Assembly: GCA_030612505.1 (NCBI GenBank)
Contig: JAUWNU010000002.1
Span: forward strand, 1-53,787
Length of the DNA: 53,787 nt
DNA from: Methanomassiliicoccales archaeon
GTDB lineage: Archaea > Thermoplasmatota > Thermoplasmata > SG8-5
Reading direction: 5' to 3'
Positions 50,550 to 53,787 of the stretch are shown piece after piece. Under the pieces are notes generated by a model, which was not told where the DNA came from, did no database searches, and saw only the letters and a list, made by a program, of their open reading frames with translations. The translations under genes were made by a program, and so were the position numbers. Every line of letters starts with the position of its first letter. The first letter of the stretch is position 1.

Positions 50550-51380
50550 TTACATCCGTTCAAATAACCCGCCCATTTCAACCAAATTCTGGTCAGACGG
50601 CATTGGGTAGGCCTGTGGTGTCAGGTCTGCATCTGCGTGAACACCAATGTCAGTACCCTGATACCCCATTGTGTCTCCAACAGATACCAGTTCCATCTCA
50701 TTTTGGTAGGCCAGCACTTCATTTGCCAATGCGGCAAGGTAGGATTGTCCCATTGTGTCGGTAACATCTTTGATTATCTTCACAACCATCTTGTCCATTA
50801 TTTGAAATGCTTTGTTCAATGAAACATCACCGAATTTCATCAGTGCATCATTGTCCAGGGCTATTGTGCTGTCTGTGAACTGGCGCAGGGTCTCGATTTC
50901 TGCTTCAGCCCTTTCTCTTCTTGAAACTTCTGCGCTAAAAGGTAGTATTCCAATACCGAAGGTGACCATCCCTAATCCCTTGGCTGTCTCTGCTACCATT
51001 GGCGCAATTCCTGCTCCGGTTCCGCCTCCGAAACCAGTCACAATGAATGCAATGTCCTTGGAGATAAGGCAAGACCTTATGTCGTCTTTTGCCAGTTCCG
51101 CACTTTGCTCTGCTACCTCGATAAATCCTCCGGAATCCTTTCCGAAAGTGATTGTTTTTCCAAGGCAAATCTTTCTGTCAGCTTCCACCGACTGGAGACC
51201 AGCCATGTCAGTGTTTATCGCTATTCTTGGCACACCTCTCAGATGCTCGCTCATGCGACTTACGGTGTTGCAACCAGCTCCACCACATCCAATAATTACC
51301 ATGCGCGGCTCGGTCATGCCGCCGGTTATTATGTCTAATATTTCTGTTTCCATCCTGTCTCTTTCCGATGCTAGGCTCAT
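50550..51380 (-). CDS. ftsZ: FtsZ/tubulin-family GTPase, N-terminal domain only
   Basis: GCGGAGCN, AINTD, GFGGGTGAG, PFSAE, LDND; no T7 loop or C-terminal domain recognisable. Confidence 0.85.
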   Translation of the reverse strand: MSLASERDRMETEILDIITGGMTEPRMVIIGCGGAGCNTVSRMSEHLRGVPRIAINTDMAGLQSVEADRKICLGKTITFGKDSGGFIEVAEQSAELAKDDIRSCLISKDIAFIVTGFGGGTGAGIAPMVAETAKGLGMVTFGIGILPFSAEVSRRERAEAEIETLRQFTDSTIALDNDALMKFGDVSLNKAFQIMDKMVVKIIKDVTDTMGQSYLAALANEVLAYQNEMELVSVGDTMGYQGTDIGVHADADLTPQAYPMPSDQNLVEMGGLFERM

Positions 51381-51401
51381 CGTATTTCCTCCTTGTTGTT
51401 T

Positions 51402-51930
51402 TATTAAATATACGCCACGTCCTAATACCGCTGCTTTCGGGCCAAACCCGAAAGCAGAGCAACCTTCTGGTTTGCGGATGCAAGGCCGCCCATCAAAATG
51501 ATAGATGTCATTTTATTGGGTTGGCGTGTGTTTAATAAGGGCTCCCACACATTTGATGTGATACCCCAATGCTTTAGCTTTGGGGGGCCCTCTGATAGTG
51601 GGATAGAGACCTTACTTTCAGGGTAGGCGCCTAATGCATTTTTTCGTTATGCCTTAGGCGATAAGTGAGGGTCCAACATCGGGCTTTCACCGATTAGATA
51701 AATCTGATACGGTAGTTGTGCCTTAAAATAAAGGTGAGTGCATCCCATCCCTTTGACAGCTAAGACAAGCATGGTCTTTTTCAGTTTTCTGCAGTCCATC
51801 CCTAAACTGCGGAAAGTAGTTAATTTATACACGAGCCAGACAGCGATGTTGAACACTTTATGACTTTTTAATAGGTGTTCAACATATAGATTACGAACCT
51901 GGCATTTATCTGTGCTGGTTCGTAACTATT
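51402..51930. ncRNA. Candidate large structured RNA / leader in the RHH-ftsZ intergenic region
   Basis: At least 8 stems in ~530 nt with no credible ORF. Confidence 0.45.
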
Positions 51931-51985
51931 CTATGTGATTTACCTGAGAGTTTGGTCTCTTTCCCTTTGCGTGTGAATTGTTCGA

Positions 51986-52372
51986 TTATTTGGTTATTAT
52001 CTGTCGAGAGGTGCTGCTCTCCAGGTTGGCCTCTATATTATCTCCAGCAATGATCTTCAAAGCATCCATGCTCTTGACAAGTTTCTTAATGCTTCCATCG
52101 GTTAAGAACCGTGTTATTATCTTTGTCAAGGCTTCTTCTTTTGAATCATAGTATCCCCGTTTCACTAATCCCTCAATTGTCTTTAGCTCCATTGAATCTA
52201 GTTTCACGGTTATTGTGTCTTCTTTTTGCTGGGTGTTGATCTGAGTGCGAACGGCAGTTCTCAAAAAATCACTCCGGTTAGAGTATTTTTCTTCCTTTAC
52301 CAGAGCATCGATTTCATTAATCATTTTGTTTTCTAATCTTGCCGAAATCCGCTCGTCAACCTGTTCTTGCAT
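51986..52372 (-). CDS. Ribbon-helix-helix regulator (CdrS-like position upstream of ftsZ)
   Basis: ERISARL…IDALVKEEKYSNRSDFLRTAVR, then a second RHH-like unit. Confidence 0.85.
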   Translation of the reverse strand: MQEQVDERISARLENKMINEIDALVKEEKYSNRSDFLRTAVRTQINTQQKEDTITVKLDSMELKTIEGLVKRGYYDSKEEALTKIITRFLTDGSIKKLVKSMDALKIIAGDNIEANLESSTSRQIITK

Positions 52373-52389
52373 CTTTACTTAACCCCTTT

Positions 52390-52484
52390 TGTCCGACAGA
52401 TATTACGTTTATGTTGAACAAACATGACAGTATATAGCAAGATAGTATATAAACCTTTTTAATTTGTTCGACAAATGTCATACA
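52390..52484 (-). promoter_or_regulatory. TATA promoter flanked by four TGTYNNACA palindromes
   Basis: TGTCCGACA 52390, TGTTGAACA 52412, TGTTCGACA 52465, TGTCATACA 52476; TTTATATA on the minus strand at ~52446-52453. Confidence 0.65.
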
Positions 52485-52608
52485 ATGCATTATACTAATG
52501 CTTTATTTGAAAATACTGGCCTAATGGTAAAACCATGTTTCCGGCAAAAATGAATATCCAGAATTTTATTGTGAAATGCCTCTTCCTGACAGACCGAGCA
52601 AATATATT

Positions 52609-52854
52609 TCATCTAACTTTCTCCCTCCATTCAACTATGTCAATTACTTGATATTCTTCTCGAACCGTGACGAATGGACATCCCATGGATTTATGAAAAT
52701 CAAAGCAGTCATGGCCTTCGGCTTTAATGCATCTGGAACACTCTGAGACCACTGCAAAGAGCAGCATTTTTTCCAGCCTGGTGAACTCGTTTAACCCCAG
52801 TTCCTGATGTTCCTGGGATGTTTCATCCACTGTGATCTGCGTCATACTTGACAT
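52609..52854 (-). CDS. Small cysteine-rich hypothetical protein
   Basis: CSRC…C…CPF; GGAGA RBS; follows the RHH gene by 4 nt. Confidence 0.65.
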   Translation of the reverse strand: MSSMTQITVDETSQEHQELGLNEFTRLEKMLLFAVVSECSRCIKAEGHDCFDFHKSMGCPFVTVREEYQVIDIVEWREKVR

Positions 52855-52858
52855 ATAA

Positions 52859-53251
52859 TTATCTCCTTGCCAGTTGTTTTACTGTTTTACTCATCTGCGA
52901 TTTGGCACTGTCCTTTCGGACATTCTCTGCAGTGATGCTCTCCATTGTCGGTTTCCTGTTCAGATGGTAATCCTCAATATCCCGGGTCCAGAAGTCTAAA
53001 GCTTGTTTGATAACATCATCAATATCTGTTGCATCGCTGTTCATTATTGCCATGTCAACCTTATCTGCCAGTCTATTTGGAATATTCACGTTTATCTTGG
53101 TGGAGTTCCAGCCGTCCTTCTGTTCATCAACAAAGCAGGCTATTGCATCCCTGATAGCCTCGCTCCGACTCTGGCCGCTGCGCTGCGCTATAATATCAAG
53201 TTCTTCAAGCAGCTCTGGCTCCACTCTGACATCAGCCCTTTCCTTCCTCAT
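52859..53251 (-). CDS. CopG/RHH-family regulator (tandem RHH)
   Basis: ADVRVEPELLEELD…SRSEAIRDAI. Confidence 0.85.
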   Translation of the reverse strand: MRKERADVRVEPELLEELDIIAQRSGQSRSEAIRDAIACFVDEQKDGWNSTKINVNIPNRLADKVDMAIMNSDATDIDDVIKQALDFWTRDIEDYHLNRKPTMESITAENVRKDSAKSQMSKTVKQLARR

Positions 53252-53377
53252 TTTCCACCCTTAATGCACACAAAAGCGCACACATTCTTTTTATAGTTAC
53301 CGGATAGTAATAGCATTGGGCCTATATAACTATTTTGATAGAAAATCATAAATAACCCGGTATGAATCAATATCCAC

Positions 53378-53787
53378 ATGCGTTCATCCAGAATAATTCT
53401 CGGATTGCTGATTATCACATTACTAGCCAGCTCCGCTCTTGCAGTTCCAGCCCTGACATATCCCAGGGTAACGCCAACCACCGGAGGTCCTGGCACAATA
53501 TTCACTTTCACTGTTCATTATGCTGGAGATGAGCCAGTTCTTATGGAGATTTATCTGGGAGATGAGGCCCACACAATGCTGGAAGTTGATCCCAGCGATG
53601 TAAATTACACTGATGGAAAAGGCTATTATTTTGAGAGCCAGCTTTCAGAGGGCACCACCATCTATTATTTCAAGGCAACAATTGCCTCAGGAGAAGAAAT
53701 CCGCACAATCGCTTCAACGATTCATGTTGGCTCAGACGATTTTGGCTTCGACCATCTGGACGTGGTTCTGGCAGTGTCATTCTTCAT
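53378..53787 (+). CDS. Secreted/membrane protein, runs off the window end
   Basis: MRSSRIILGLLIITLLASSALA signal peptide, then VTPTTGGPGTIFTFTVHY; frame open to the window end. Confidence 0.8.
   Translation, partial: MRSSRIILGLLIITLLASSALAVPALTYPRVTPTTGGPGTIFTFTVHYAGDEPVLMEIYLGDEAHTMLEVDPSDVNYTDGKGYYFESQLSEGTTIYYFKATIASGEEIRTIASTIHVGSDDFGFDHLDVVLAVSFF

Noticed and set aside
29636..51501. Long antisense ORFs (29636..30256, 44822..45361, 49101..49553, 50812..51501)
   Set aside because: They are shadows of well-supported genes on the opposite strand.
51402..51930. RNase P or SRP RNA
   Set aside because: Could not find the GAGGAAAGUCC-type P4 signature or the SRP helix-8 motif on either strand.
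53248..53511. 87-aa minus-strand ORF
   Set aside because: It overlaps the better-supported plus-strand secreted protein and its promoter region.

Overview
Archaeal genomic window, probably Thermoplasmatota (inferred from AMP phosphorylase plus ribose-1,5-bisphosphate isomerase, XPD/Rad3, RHH-ftsZ linkage, TATA-type promoters and GGAGG/GGTGA ribosome-binding sites). The left ~27 kb is an accessory/defence island. It holds the end of an IS1-like element that truncates a receiver-domain gene, a C5 methyltransferase + GHKL(MORC-like)/histidine-kinase + receiver operon, and a coupled pair of a divergent thymidine-phosphorylase-like gene and a kinase-ATPase-Rossmannoid fusion (best candidate for a new system). 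It also holds an EVE protein, a 1443-aa surface protein, a Type IIG R-M enzyme, a RelBE-like TA pair and several microproteins. These gene blocks are separated by a family of modular, structure-conserved IS200/IS605-like hairpin repeats with nested loop insertions. The right ~27 kb is mostly housekeeping (AMP metabolism, lipid synthesis, DNA repair, cDPG-synthetase-like GTPase). It also contains a 193-bp IS605-type MITE interrupting a small gene, a Fic gene between direct repeats, and a C-terminally truncated FtsZ-like gene preceded by a ~550-nt densely structured intergenic region. No CRISPR array, rRNA or tRNA was recognised. All assignments are from motif reading by eye; no searches were run.
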